Below, piece by piece: positions 7,761 through 16,466 of a stretch of 64,000 nucleotides of DNA; the stretch's first letter is position 1; every line of letters begins with the position of its first letter. The stretch lies in the IMG/VR virus record IMGVR_UViG_3300010367_000168, positions 1-64,000 of that record, one strand, 5' to 3'. Position numbers and translations under genes: made by a program. The notes below the pieces were generated by a model. The model was not told the DNA's origin and did no database searches. It was given only the letters and a program-made list of their open reading frames with translations. This DNA is from a virus.

Positions 7761-9143
7761 ATGCGGATCTTCGGCCTCACCATCTCCAGGACCGCGGACG
7801 AGGCCAAGGCGGTGCCGGCCAATCTGCGCGGCCCATCCAATCGCGGCGGGTGGTGGCCGTTCGTCCGCGAGCCCTATGCGGGAGCGTGGCAGCAGAACGT
7901 CGAATGGTCCACCGACGAGGTGCTGGCCTATTTCGCCGTTTACCGCTGCATCAGCTTGATCAGCTCCGACATCGCCAAGATGGAGTTGATGCTGGTCAAT
8001 TGGGCCAATGGCATCTGGACCGAGACCGACAGCCCGGCCTTCTCGCCGGTCCTGGCCAAGCCGAACCCGTACCAGACGCGCATCCAGTTTTTCCAGTCGT
8101 GGGTGATCTCGAAGCTCGTCAACGGCAACGCCTACGTCCTCAAGGAGCGCGATCAGCGCGGCGTCGTGGTGGCGATGTACGTGCTCGACCCGTGGCGGTG
8201 CCAGCCGCTCATCGCCGAGGACGGCTCGGTCTACTATCAGCTCGCGGTCGACACGCTCAACGGGATCGAGAACAGCGTCGTCGTACCGGCCCGCGAGATC
8301 ATTCACGACCGGTGGAACACGCTCTACCACCCCCTCTGCGGGACCTCGCCGATCTTCGCTTGCGGCCTCGCCGCCATGCAAGGGCTCAAGATCCAGAACA
8401 ACTCGGCGGCGTTCTTCGGCAATGGGTCGCAGCCGGGCGGCATCCTGACTGCTCCTGGCGCGATCAGTGATGAGACCGCTACTCGGCTGAAGGCGCATTG
8501 GGACGCCAACTACAGCGGCACCAATGTCGGCAAGATCGCGGTGCTCGGTGATGGCCTCAAGTATGAGGCCATGGCGCTCTCTGCCGTGGACTCGCAGCTC
8601 ATCGAGCAGCTCCGGTGGACGGCCGAGGTGGTCTGCGCGGCGTTCGGGGTCCCTGCCTACATGGTCGGGATCGGCGCAACCCCGACCTACAACAACATCG
8701 AGGCGCTCTCGCAGCAGTATTACTCGCAGTGCCTCCAGATCCACATCGAGAGCATCGAGATCTGCCTCAACGAAGGGCTCGCGCTTCCAAAAGCCTACGG
8801 CACCCGCTTCTCGATCGACGATCTGCTCCGGATGGACACGGCCACGATGATCAAGGCCGAGGCCGAGGCCGTGGGCGCTGGCATCAAGGCGCCGAACGAG
8901 AGCCGGCTTCGGCTCAACCTCCCGCCGGTCAAGGGTGGCGCCACTCCCTATTTGCAGCAGCAGAACTACTCGCTCGCAGCCCTGGACGAGCGCGACCGCG
9001 GCGACCCTTTTGCGAAGCCGGCGCCACAACCGGCGCCCCAGCTCGCGCCGCCCGAGGCCGATTCCGAGGAGGAGGAGCCGACCGACGTAACCGCGGCCTT
9101 GGTCGCGCGGATCGAGCGCGCATGGGAGGCTGCTCATGTTTGA
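7761..9143 (+). CDS. portal protein (HK97 family)
   Basis: 460 aa. VLAYFAVYRCISLISSDIAKM, NGNAYVLKERD and QQYYSQCLQIHIESIE are typical of HK97-type portals. Acidic C-terminus. Confidence 0.9.
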   Translation: MRIFGLTISRTADEAKAVPANLRGPSNRGGWWPFVREPYAGAWQQNVEWSTDEVLAYFAVYRCISLISSDIAKMELMLVNWANGIWTETDSPAFSPVLAKPNPYQTRIQFFQSWVISKLVNGNAYVLKERDQRGVVVAMYVLDPWRCQPLIAEDGSVYYQLAVDTLNGIENSVVVPAREIIHDRWNTLYHPLCGTSPIFACGLAAMQGLKIQNNSAAFFGNGSQPGGILTAPGAISDETATRLKAHWDANYSGTNVGKIAVLGDGLKYEAMALSAVDSQLIEQLRWTAEVVCAAFGVPAYMVGIGATPTYNNIEALSQQYYSQCLQIHIESIEICLNEGLALPKAYGTRFSIDDLLRMDTATMIKAEAEAVGAGIKAPNESRLRLNLPPVKGGATPYLQQQNYSLAALDERDRGDPFAKPAPQPAPQLAPPEADSEEEEPTDVTAALVARIERAWEAAHV

Positions 9144-10242
9144 TGTCGATGTCGTGGCGCGGGCCCTGGTCAACGGGGCCGAGCGCCGCCTGGAGACGCT
9201 CGTCGAGCCGGTCCGCGGGCTGGCCACCACCAACCGGCAGGACATCGAAGTTTGCACGGCGATGCTGTGCGCGGTCGAGGCCGAGCTGAAACAGGCCAAC
9301 GTCGTCATCAATGGTCTAGTCGAGCGGCTCGGCGAAATGTCCGAGCGGGTGGCCACCCTGGAGGCCAGGGCGCCTATTCCCGGCCCAGCGGGGCCCGCTG
9401 GGGCCGATGGCGCCCCAGGGGCGCCCGGTGCCAAGGGCGAACGTGGCGACCCCGGCCCTGCTGGCCCCCAGGGGCCGCAAGGGGAACCCGGCCTGGCCGG
9501 CGCTCCCGGCCCGAAGGGCGACCCCGGCGAGCAAGGCTCGGAAGGGCCGCAGGGCCCGGAGGGACCGGCTGGCCGCGACGGTGTCGACGGCCAGGACGGC
9601 GCGCCCGGCGAGCAAGGGCCGCAGGGCGAGGCTGGCCGCGACGGCTTGGACGGTATGGACGGCGCCCCTGGCGCGCCTGGAGAGGCCGGTCCTGCTGGTC
9701 CGGCTGGCTCGGCTGGGCCCCAGGGCGAGAAGGGCCTGGACGGCGCCCCTGGCCGCGACGGGCGCGATGGCGTGCAGGGACCGCAGGGCGAGCGCGGCTT
9801 GCCCGGCCCCCAGGGCGAGGTCGGCCCGGTCGGGAGCCGAGGCGAGCGCGGCGAGAAGGGGGACCCCGGCCGCGACGGCTACAGCATCACGGATCTGGAC
9901 TTCTCGACGCCGGACGGTGGCCGGACGCTCGTCGTCACGGTCGGTGGTGGCGACGAGGTTCTGACCAACGAAATCCAGACGCAGACCACGATCTGGCAGG
10001 GCACGTTCAAGGAGGGTGTCACCTATCTCCCCGGCGATATCGTCACGCTCGGCGGCTCCTGGTGGCACTGCAACCTGGAGACCACCGAACGGCCGGGCGA
10101 GGCCAAGGCGGCCTGGACGCTGACCGTCAAGCGCGGTCGTGACGGCCGGGACGGCAGGGATGGCGAGCGCGGCGAGCGCGGTCCGCAGGGGCCGCAGGGC
10201 CGTGACCTGACCCAGATCGCTCCGGATGGGAGCAAGTTCTGA
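9136..10242 (+). CDS. collagen-like triple-helix-repeat protein with C-terminal CBM5/12-like motif
   Basis: N-terminal coiled coil, ~55 uninterrupted G-X-Y triplets, a globular region WQGTFKEGVTYLPGDIVTLGGSWWHCNLETT..PGE..AAW, then a second short GXY run. Start overlaps the portal stop. Confidence 0.85.
   Translation: MFDVDVVARALVNGAERRLETLVEPVRGLATTNRQDIEVCTAMLCAVEAELKQANVVINGLVERLGEMSERVATLEARAPIPGPAGPAGADGAPGAPGAKGERGDPGPAGPQGPQGEPGLAGAPGPKGDPGEQGSEGPQGPEGPAGRDGVDGQDGAPGEQGPQGEAGRDGLDGMDGAPGAPGEAGPAGPAGSAGPQGEKGLDGAPGRDGRDGVQGPQGERGLPGPQGEVGPVGSRGERGEKGDPGRDGYSITDLDFSTPDGGRTLVVTVGGGDEVLTNEIQTQTTIWQGTFKEGVTYLPGDIVTLGGSWWHCNLETTERPGEAKAAWTLTVKRGRDGRDGRDGERGERGPQGPQGRDLTQIAPDGSKF
9382..9879 (+). 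repeat. G-X-Y collagen triplet tract (coding)
   Basis: Residues G83-G248 of the 368-aa ORF are continuous Gly-X-Y. Confidence 0.9.
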
Positions 10243-10544
10243 TGGCCACCGCCCCGCTCGTCACGCTTGAGATGGTCCGCGATCGGCTCCGCATCGACGC
10301 GGTCGATGATCAGCCCGACGTTGAACGGCTCATGAGAGAGGGCACGCGGATTGTGCTGGGCTATCTCAAGCCCCAGCCGGTCGGCAGCGCCCTCGACCGT
10401 GGCTGGACCATCGACACCGTGCCAGAGCATATCCAGACGGCGATCCTGCTCGTCATCCGGGCGCTCTATGACGGCGAGGACAACCCGCTGTCACAGGCCG
10501 TGATCGATATCGTTCATCGCGACCGGGACCCGGCGCTCGCATGA
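10242..10544 (+). CDS. head-tail connector (gp6-like)
   Basis: LVTLEMVRDRLRID...IQTAILLVIRALYDGEDNPLS matches the phage gp6-like connector pattern. The position also fits. Confidence 0.75.
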   Translation: MATAPLVTLEMVRDRLRIDAVDDQPDVERLMREGTRIVLGYLKPQPVGSALDRGWTIDTVPEHIQTAILLVIRALYDGEDNPLSQAVIDIVHRDRDPALA

Positions 10545-10888
10545 GCAAGCAGCCGATGCGGGCTCGGCGGCTCCGGACCCGCCTGACCTTCTACAGCCCG
10601 GTCGAAAACGAGAGCCCCACCGGCAACGTGGAGCTTGGCTGGACCCCGTTCGTCTCGCGCTGGGCCGAAATGGCCGGGATGCGAGGCAAGGAGCAGCTCC
10701 AGGCCGGGCGCCTTGAGGCCCAGGTGCCTTCCGTCGTCCGCATTCGGTGGGACAGCGAAACCGAGCTGATCACGTCGGCGTTCCGCGCCGGCAAAGACGG
10801 GCCGGACTTCGCCATCGTCTCGGTCTCCGAGCCGGACCAGATGCGCCGGATGATTGAGCTGTTGCTGCTCACGGGGAAGCCGGGCTAG
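10541..10888 (+). CDS. head closure / head-tail adaptor protein
   Basis: RLRTRLTFYSP..SPTGN...WTPFVSRWAEMAGMRGKE is typical of the Phage_H_T_join family. Confidence 0.7.
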   Translation: MSKQPMRARRLRTRLTFYSPVENESPTGNVELGWTPFVSRWAEMAGMRGKEQLQAGRLEAQVPSVVRIRWDSETELITSAFRAGKDGPDFAIVSVSEPDQMRRMIELLLLTGKPG

Positions 10889-10891
10889 GCG

Positions 10892-11356
10892 ATGGGCAAC
10901 TTCAAGGTCAGTGGCCAAGCCCGGCTCGATCAGAAGCTCCGGGAGATGCCCGAGGCTGTCCGCGAAGCCATGTCCAAAGCGATCGCGGAGGGCATGGAGG
11001 ATCTCAACGACTACCAGCGCCGGCTCGCGCATCGGGTGTGGCGGACGGGCGAGCTGGAGCGGAGCATCGGCTGGGGCTGGGTCACTCCTGGGCAGGAGGG
11101 GCTGGAGGGGCTGAAGAAGTTTCGGGCGGCAAACCTCGGGGCCAAGGGCGCTCTCCAGCTCGCGGCCAAAGCCTATGCGGGCCGGACCCCAAGCGGCGAA
11201 GCCTATTGGGCGAAATGGGTTGAGTTCGGGACCCGCAAGATGCCGCCCCGACCCTTCTTCTTCCCGGCCTACCGCATCAAGAAAAAGCAGATCAAGTCGA
11301 AGATTTCACTCGCGTCTCGCCGGGCCATCAAGGCGATTGCGAAGGCCGGACAATGA
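10892..11356 (+). CDS. HK97 gp10-family tail/neck protein
   Basis: WVEFGTRKMPPRPFFFPAY motif and position after the adaptor gene. Confidence 0.7.
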   Translation: MGNFKVSGQARLDQKLREMPEAVREAMSKAIAEGMEDLNDYQRRLAHRVWRTGELERSIGWGWVTPGQEGLEGLKKFRAANLGAKGALQLAAKAYAGRTPSGEAYWAKWVEFGTRKMPPRPFFFPAYRIKKKQIKSKISLASRRAIKAIAKAGQ

Positions 11357-11769
11357 GCCCTGACTGCTCCAACGAACTTCTAGCGGCAGTCCGCACACGG
11401 CTGCTCGCAGAGCCGGCCGTGAGCGCCATCGTCGGCACCCGCGTTTTCGACCGACCGGACATGGGAGTCGACTTCCCCTGGCTCCAGATCGGCGAGACCC
11501 TGATCCAACCCTTCGAGGCGCATTGCGTCACGGGGGCCAGCATCTTCTTCACCCTCCACGGCTGGGGCCGAGATGGCCATGCTGGCGACACCATGCGAGC
11601 CCTCGGGGCTGCGGTGTATGCCAGCCTCCATGCCAAGCGGTTCCCGCTGCCAGGGCCCTATGCCCTTCAGCTCATCGAGCATCAGAGCACTCAGGTATTG
11701 CGCGATCCGGACGGCACGACCCGGCACCTCGTGACCGACTACCGCGCTGACACCACGGCCGATCTCTAA
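11353..11769 (+). CDS. tail completion/terminator-like protein (DUF3168-like)
   Basis: LLAAVRTRLLAEPAVSAIVGTRVFD..P....FPWLQIG pattern, and position before the major tail gene. Confidence 0.65.
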   Translation: MSPDCSNELLAAVRTRLLAEPAVSAIVGTRVFDRPDMGVDFPWLQIGETLIQPFEAHCVTGASIFFTLHGWGRDGHAGDTMRALGAAVYASLHAKRFPLPGPYALQLIEHQSTQVLRDPDGTTRHLVTDYRADTTADL

Positions 11770-11848
11770 CGGCCAGCCCGACCCGGCCCTTGGGCAAGGC
11801 TGACCGGCCCGCAGTGATGCGCGCCATTCCCACGATGGAGCCCACGCC

Positions 11849-12301
11849 ATGGCCCAGCCCGAACTCGTCGGTGCGAGGGAGCTGCTGCTGTACTTCGAAG
11901 ATCCCAATGTCCCGAATGTTTGGCTCTTCGCCTGCGGCATCAACTCGCGAGCCCTGAACGGCACGCTCAACAACACGGAAACCCCGATCGCCGATTGCGA
12001 CGACCCCACCGCGCTGCCCGTGCGGCGGGTGACCGCAAACTACTTCGCCGAGGACATCTCGGGCACCGGGATGCTGGCGAAGGAGCGTCTGGACGATTTC
12101 GAGGCGATCTACAAATCCGCGGCCTCGCACCGCTGGCGGATCGGCCTGCTCAACACGGGCTATTGGCAGGGACCCTTCCTGATGACCAGCCGCAACATCG
12201 GAGGCGAGCAGGAAGGGTATGTCACCCTTGAGATCACGCTCACGAGCGATGGGCCGGTCCCCTACACCGCTGACCTCACCTTCCCCGGAGCAACGACGTG
12301 A
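11849..12301 (+). CDS. major tail (tube) protein
   Basis: 150 aa. ELLLYFED..FACGINSRALNGT..ETPIADCDDP resembles TP901-1/GTA-type tail tube proteins. It is followed by the chaperone pair and tape measure. Confidence 0.7.
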   Translation: MAQPELVGARELLLYFEDPNVPNVWLFACGINSRALNGTLNNTETPIADCDDPTALPVRRVTANYFAEDISGTGMLAKERLDDFEAIYKSAASHRWRIGLLNTGYWQGPFLMTSRNIGGEQEGYVTLEITLTSDGPVPYTADLTFPGATT

Positions 12302-12729
12302 CCTGGACCGCACTGATCGAGGTGCCGTTTGCCAACGAACTGCACCGTTTTCGCCTTGGCCTCGGCCAGCTCGAAGACCTGGAGACCCGCTTCCGCGCCG
12401 GCACCATCGAATGGGTTGAGCGGTTCCGCGCGAACCAATGGCGCATCGGGGAGATGCGTGCCGTGCTCATCACGGCGCTGGTGGGAGGTGGCCAGGACCC
12501 CCTCCAGGCCAAGGAGGTTGTCGACCGCTGCATGATGGCGTGGCCGATGGTCCGGAACGTCAAGCTGTTCTGGCTGATCGTCAACGCGGCCATCCTTGAA
12601 CCGCCGAGCGGGCTCTCCGCGGGAAAAGATCAAGCGGACGAGGAGGAGGAGGAAATGCTCTCAGCCTCGCCCGCCTTCTCGGTCTCGGCGGAGCCCTCGG
12701 CTACACCGCGAGCGAGGTCTGGCAAATGA
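12298..12729 (+). CDS. tail assembly chaperone (G-like, zero-frame product)
   Basis: Positioned between the tube and tape measure genes. Acidic tail. Contains the slippery heptamer. Confidence 0.7.
   Translation: MTWTALIEVPFANELHRFRLGLGQLEDLETRFRAGTIEWVERFRANQWRIGEMRAVLITALVGGGQDPLQAKEVVDRCMMAWPMVRNVKLFWLIVNAAILEPPSGLSAGKDQADEEEEEMLSASPAFSVSAEPSATPRARSGK
12621..12627 (+). promoter_or_regulatory. -1 programmed ribosomal frameshift slippery heptamer G_GGA_AAA
   Basis: Zero-frame codons are gcG GGA AAA. The -1 frame stays open to 12860 and encodes the conserved ..LLGLGGALGYTASEVWQMSLWELTALVDGF.. segment. Confidence 0.6.
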
Positions 12730-12860
12730 GCCTGTGGGAACTCACGGCTCTCGTGGATGGGTTCAACTCTGCCCATGGCGGCGATGGCGAGGGCAGCGGC
12801 GTTGAGCCGATGACCCTGGAGCGGCTGAAGCAGATCAACCCGCCGAAGACGCTGCACTGA
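12627..12860 (+). CDS. tail assembly chaperone -1 frame extension (GT-like product, joins 12298..12627)
   Basis: Hand translation of the -1 frame from the slip site to TGA 12858-12860. It could alternatively start at ATG 12726 as a separate 44-aa product. Confidence 0.55.
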   Translation, partial: RSSGRGGGGNALSLARLLGLGGALGYTASEVWQMSLWELTALVDGFNSAHGGDGEGSGVEPMTLERLKQINPPKTLH

Positions 12861-13239
12861 GCGACCGCTTCAACTCCAGAGCCCGCGCCTCGTTGCTCTC
12901 CACCTTTGCGGGATCGCAAGGGCCAACGGACTGAGCGTTGAAGCGATCGAAATAGGCATCGACGATCTGCTGCACCGTCTCACGTGCGAGGCCTGCCTTC
13001 TCGGCGAGCCCTGGCAACGCGATGCCGTGACCAACGATGGCGTTGCTGACCTTGTACCGTTCGGCCGCGTCGTCCTTGAGACAGAAAATCCTGCCGCCAT
13101 CGGCGTCGCCCTGGGCTCTGGCCATCTCGAAATACGCGTCGACCGGGTCCGGCTTGCTCGATCCGAAGTCGTGGACATTGGCGCCAGCCACCCCGCCCAC
13201 CAAGGCGGCGATCACAATCAGCGGGATGTAATGGCTCAT
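12835..13239 (-). CDS. signal-anchored or secreted small protein, antisense moron in the tail module
   Basis: MSHYIPLIVIAALVGGVAGA hydrophobic N-terminus. GC-rich third positions in hand translation. GGGGA RBS. It is the only minus-strand gene inside the late operon. Confidence 0.55.
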   Translation of the reverse strand: MSHYIPLIVIAALVGGVAGANVHDFGSSKPDPVDAYFEMARAQGDADGGRIFCLKDDAAERYKVSNAIVGHGIALPGLAEKAGLARETVQQIVDAYFDRFNAQSVGPCDPAKVESNEARALELKRSLSAASSAG

Positions 13240-13293
13240 TGAAATCCCCGGGTTTCTGAGTCGTTTCCGCACGCATACCACGGGGCGGCCTCG

Positions 13294-15801
13294 ATGGCAA
13301 ATACAGAGCTTGAGACCCTCCTAGTCACGGTCGAAGCCGATCTGCGCCGCTACTCCAAGCAGATGCAGCAACTCGGTCAGATGACCGAAGGCGGATTCAA
13401 GAGGGCCGGCAAGGCCGCGAACGACGCGCTAGGGAACATCGAGACCCGGTCGGTTCGGGCTGGCGCTGCGGCCACGCGGGCGATGCAGGACGCGCAGCGA
13501 TCGTCCCGCCAATTCGGCCAGCAGCTACAGAACGTCGGTTACCAAGTCGGTGACTTTTTCGTCCAAATTGAAGGCGGGCAAGGGGTCATAAGAGCCCTCA
13601 CGCAGCAAGGATCGCAAGTGCTCGGGGCCTTTGGGCCCTGGGGTGCGATCCTCGGTGCGGCGGCCGGCGCGCTCGGTGCCCTGGGCACGGCCCTCCTCGG
13701 CATGGGCGATGAGGCAAATAAGGCTGCCGCGGCGACCGACTCGTTCAAAGTTGCCCAGGATGCGCTCGGCGGTGTCCTGACCGAAAATCAGCAGAAAGTC
13801 TCGGACGCCAAGGACGCACTCAGCCTTCTGCAACTCGGTTATTCCAGCCTGGCAAAGCTGGCGCTCAGTGACGCGATCAAGAAGAACAATGAGGCCATCG
13901 CCGAGAGCTTCAACGAGATCAAGGAGGCCGGTGACTGGGCCTGGATTACCAAGGTCCTCGACCAATATGAGGCCGCAGCGAACCGCGCCGGTCAGAGCTT
14001 CGGCGAAAAGTTCGGGCCTGGGCTGGACAAGTTCCGGCAATCCCTGGACGAGCTGGGCAAGACCACGACGCCGACGCTCGCGCAGATCGAGGCCTTCATC
14101 GATGAGTTGATGGCCCTCCAGGGGACGGTGCCGGGTGCTGAACAACGCATCACGGGCCTCCTCGAAGCCGTCGCGCCCCTGATCGCGAAGCTCAAGGATC
14201 AGGCGGACCGCACTCGGGCGCTCAACGAATTGAACGAGGCGTTCGCGCGGAGCGGCGGCAAGGCGACCACGGCACTCAAGGTGCTCGGCTTCGGCTTCGT
14301 GGACGCGACCGTCGACGCGGTCAATTTTGGCGACGCTGTCCGAGGCGCGGTCGGGGCGATGGACGCTATGTCCAATGCCAAGCCGACCTTCCCGATGGCC
14401 GGCGGGAAAATGAGCTTCGGTGGCCAGCCGAACGGTGCCAAGGGCTTCGGCACGGTCGGGAACACCTTCGGCAACCTGGACCCGTCGTCGCTGCTGTCGG
14501 AGCCTGCCTGGGTCGACAGCGACGAGATCAACAACGCGATCAAGCCGCTCAACGTGCTCGGCCTCGGGTTCGCCAAGGTCGTCCCGGAGGCGAAGGAATT
14601 CACGGACTCGATCCGCGCGGCCGAGGCGTCTGTCGTCGACCTGTCCAAGGCGCCGAAGACGTTCACGATCGGCGGCGGCGGGATCAACTTCAAGGGCCTG
14701 CCAAGCCGGACGGACCTCCTCGGCCAGCTCTTCGGAAAGGAGAGCCCGGCGGACCTGGAGATGAGCCGGTTCTCTAGGGATCTCTATGGCGACGGCGGGG
14801 TGATCAAGCCGAAGAAGGCCGCCAAGGAGAAGGTCACCCCGGAGGACCGCGCCGAGGACCGCACTCAGGCCCTCAAGGACGAGATCGCGTTCAATCAGCA
14901 GTTGGCGGTCGTCTACGACCAGGGGGTCGAGGCGCGCAACCGGGTCACCGCCTCGTATCTGGCGCTCAAGGAGGCTCGGAAGACGGGCCTCGCCGAGGGA
15001 TCGGACGAATTCAAGCAGTTCGTCGATATCCAGACCAAGCAGAACGAGGTCAACCTCGGCCTTGAGCATCGCCTGGAGTTGATGAAGGAAGGCCAGACGC
15101 TCCACGAGTCCTTGATGACCGATCAGGAGCGGGAGACCAAGCTCCTCGCCGACTACAAGGAGATGCTCGACGCCGGGGCCCTGTCCTTCACCGACTACCA
15201 GCGCGCCGTCGCCAAGGCCAAAGACCACAACGAGGAGCTGATCGAGGCGATTGGCGGGGTCGGCGACGCCATCGAGTCCGGCATCCAGGGCGCGACGAGC
15301 TTCAGCGACGCTCTCGCGAAGATCGGCCTCCAGCTCCTCACCATGCTGGCCAAGGGTGCCTTTGGCGCAGGCCCGCTCGGGGGGCTGTTCAACCAACTCC
15401 TCAACGTCGGCGCTGGCGGCATCCTCGGCCTAGCCGGCGGCGGAGCTGGAGCCGCTGGGGCCGCTGGCGCCGCGGCGTCGATTGCGCCTGGGTTCGGGAC
15501 CGGTTTCCGCCGGTCCTTTGCCGCTGGCGGCATGGGCGGACCCGGTCCCGTCCTCGTCGGCGAGAGCGGGCCCGAGATCGCCAACATGCCAGCGCGGGGC
15601 TACATCGCCCCGGCCAACGCCACCCGGCGACTGCTGTCGCCGACCACGAATGGCCAGCCCATGCAGATCGTCGTCAACGGCGCCAAGGGCAACCAAGAGA
15701 TCATGCGGATGATCTCCGCCGGGGTGACGGAAGGGGTGCGCCAGGCCGGCAAGAACGTCCCGAGCATTCAGCGCAATTACAATCTGCGGTTCGCACCCTG
15801 A
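13294..15801 (+). CDS. tape measure protein
   Basis: 835 aa, helical and Ala/Gly-rich with Gly-rich hydrophobic blocks (GAILGAAAGALGALG). Position after the chaperones. Confidence 0.9.
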   Translation: MANTELETLLVTVEADLRRYSKQMQQLGQMTEGGFKRAGKAANDALGNIETRSVRAGAAATRAMQDAQRSSRQFGQQLQNVGYQVGDFFVQIEGGQGVIRALTQQGSQVLGAFGPWGAILGAAAGALGALGTALLGMGDEANKAAAATDSFKVAQDALGGVLTENQQKVSDAKDALSLLQLGYSSLAKLALSDAIKKNNEAIAESFNEIKEAGDWAWITKVLDQYEAAANRAGQSFGEKFGPGLDKFRQSLDELGKTTTPTLAQIEAFIDELMALQGTVPGAEQRITGLLEAVAPLIAKLKDQADRTRALNELNEAFARSGGKATTALKVLGFGFVDATVDAVNFGDAVRGAVGAMDAMSNAKPTFPMAGGKMSFGGQPNGAKGFGTVGNTFGNLDPSSLLSEPAWVDSDEINNAIKPLNVLGLGFAKVVPEAKEFTDSIRAAEASVVDLSKAPKTFTIGGGGINFKGLPSRTDLLGQLFGKESPADLEMSRFSRDLYGDGGVIKPKKAAKEKVTPEDRAEDRTQALKDEIAFNQQLAVVYDQGVEARNRVTASYLALKEARKTGLAEGSDEFKQFVDIQTKQNEVNLGLEHRLELMKEGQTLHESLMTDQERETKLLADYKEMLDAGALSFTDYQRAVAKAKDHNEELIEAIGGVGDAIESGIQGATSFSDALAKIGLQLLTMLAKGAFGAGPLGGLFNQLLNVGAGGILGLAGGGAGAAGAAGAAASIAPGFGTGFRRSFAAGGMGGPGPVLVGESGPEIANMPARGYIAPANATRRLLSPTTNGQPMQIVVNGAKGNQEIMRMISAGVTEGVRQAGKNVPSIQRNYNLRFAP

Positions 15802-16466
15802 TGCTGCTGATCCCATTCCCCGTCGTGCTGTCCCCCACGTTGCAAAACTGGTGGCTCGACGCCCGCACGAGATCCGGCGGCGAGACCGTCGTCGGCCGCG
15901 AGCAAGTCGTGTCCTCCGGGCTGCTGCGCTGGCAGGCGTCGCTGTCATTTCCGCTCTACAGCCGCGAGACGATCTTGGCCTTCCGCGCCTGGATTGCGCA
16001 GATGGAAGGTCGCGGAAATCGGACGCTGATCGGTCCCTGCGATTGCTCCACCGGAAACCGCCTCAGGGAGGTTATCGGCGGCATCCCGCACAGCGATCAG
16101 ACGATGCACAGCGACGGGGCTGGCTATTCCCAAGGCGGCGTCCCGGCCGAGGTGGTCGCGCTCGCGCCGATCGGCACCAATCAGGTTCGGATTTACAACG
16201 CCTCGACTGAAACGCCGATCTTGACCGGCTCCTACATCGGCCTCGGCAACTTCCTATACCTGATCATCGGCGCCGCCCCGCAGGCTGGCAACGAGACCGT
16301 CCTCACGCTCACTCCGAAGCTCCGCGCCGCGGTGCCCGTGGACACCGTTGTCGAGTGGTGCAAGGCCCGCTGCCCGATGCGGCTCATGGCCGATGACACC
16401 GGTCGGTTCGACCTGAGCCTCGGCCGTTACGGCAACGCCACAATCGATCTCGTCGAGGTCTGGTAA
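15801..16466 (+). CDS. minor tail protein (distal tail, lambda M/L position)
   Basis: ATG overlaps the TMP stop. 221 aa. Called by position only, with weak resemblance to GTA-type distal tail proteins. Confidence 0.5.
   Translation: MLLIPFPVVLSPTLQNWWLDARTRSGGETVVGREQVVSSGLLRWQASLSFPLYSRETILAFRAWIAQMEGRGNRTLIGPCDCSTGNRLREVIGGIPHSDQTMHSDGAGYSQGGVPAEVVALAPIGTNQVRIYNASTETPILTGSYIGLGNFLYLIIGAAPQAGNETVLTLTPKLRAAVPVDTVVEWCKARCPMRLMADDTGRFDLSLGRYGNATIDLVEVW

Noticed and set aside
9382-9879. Nucleotide-level tandem repeat or hypervariable region.
   Set aside because: The periodicity is the coding Gly-X-Y triplet of a collagen-like protein. The nucleotide units are not identical.
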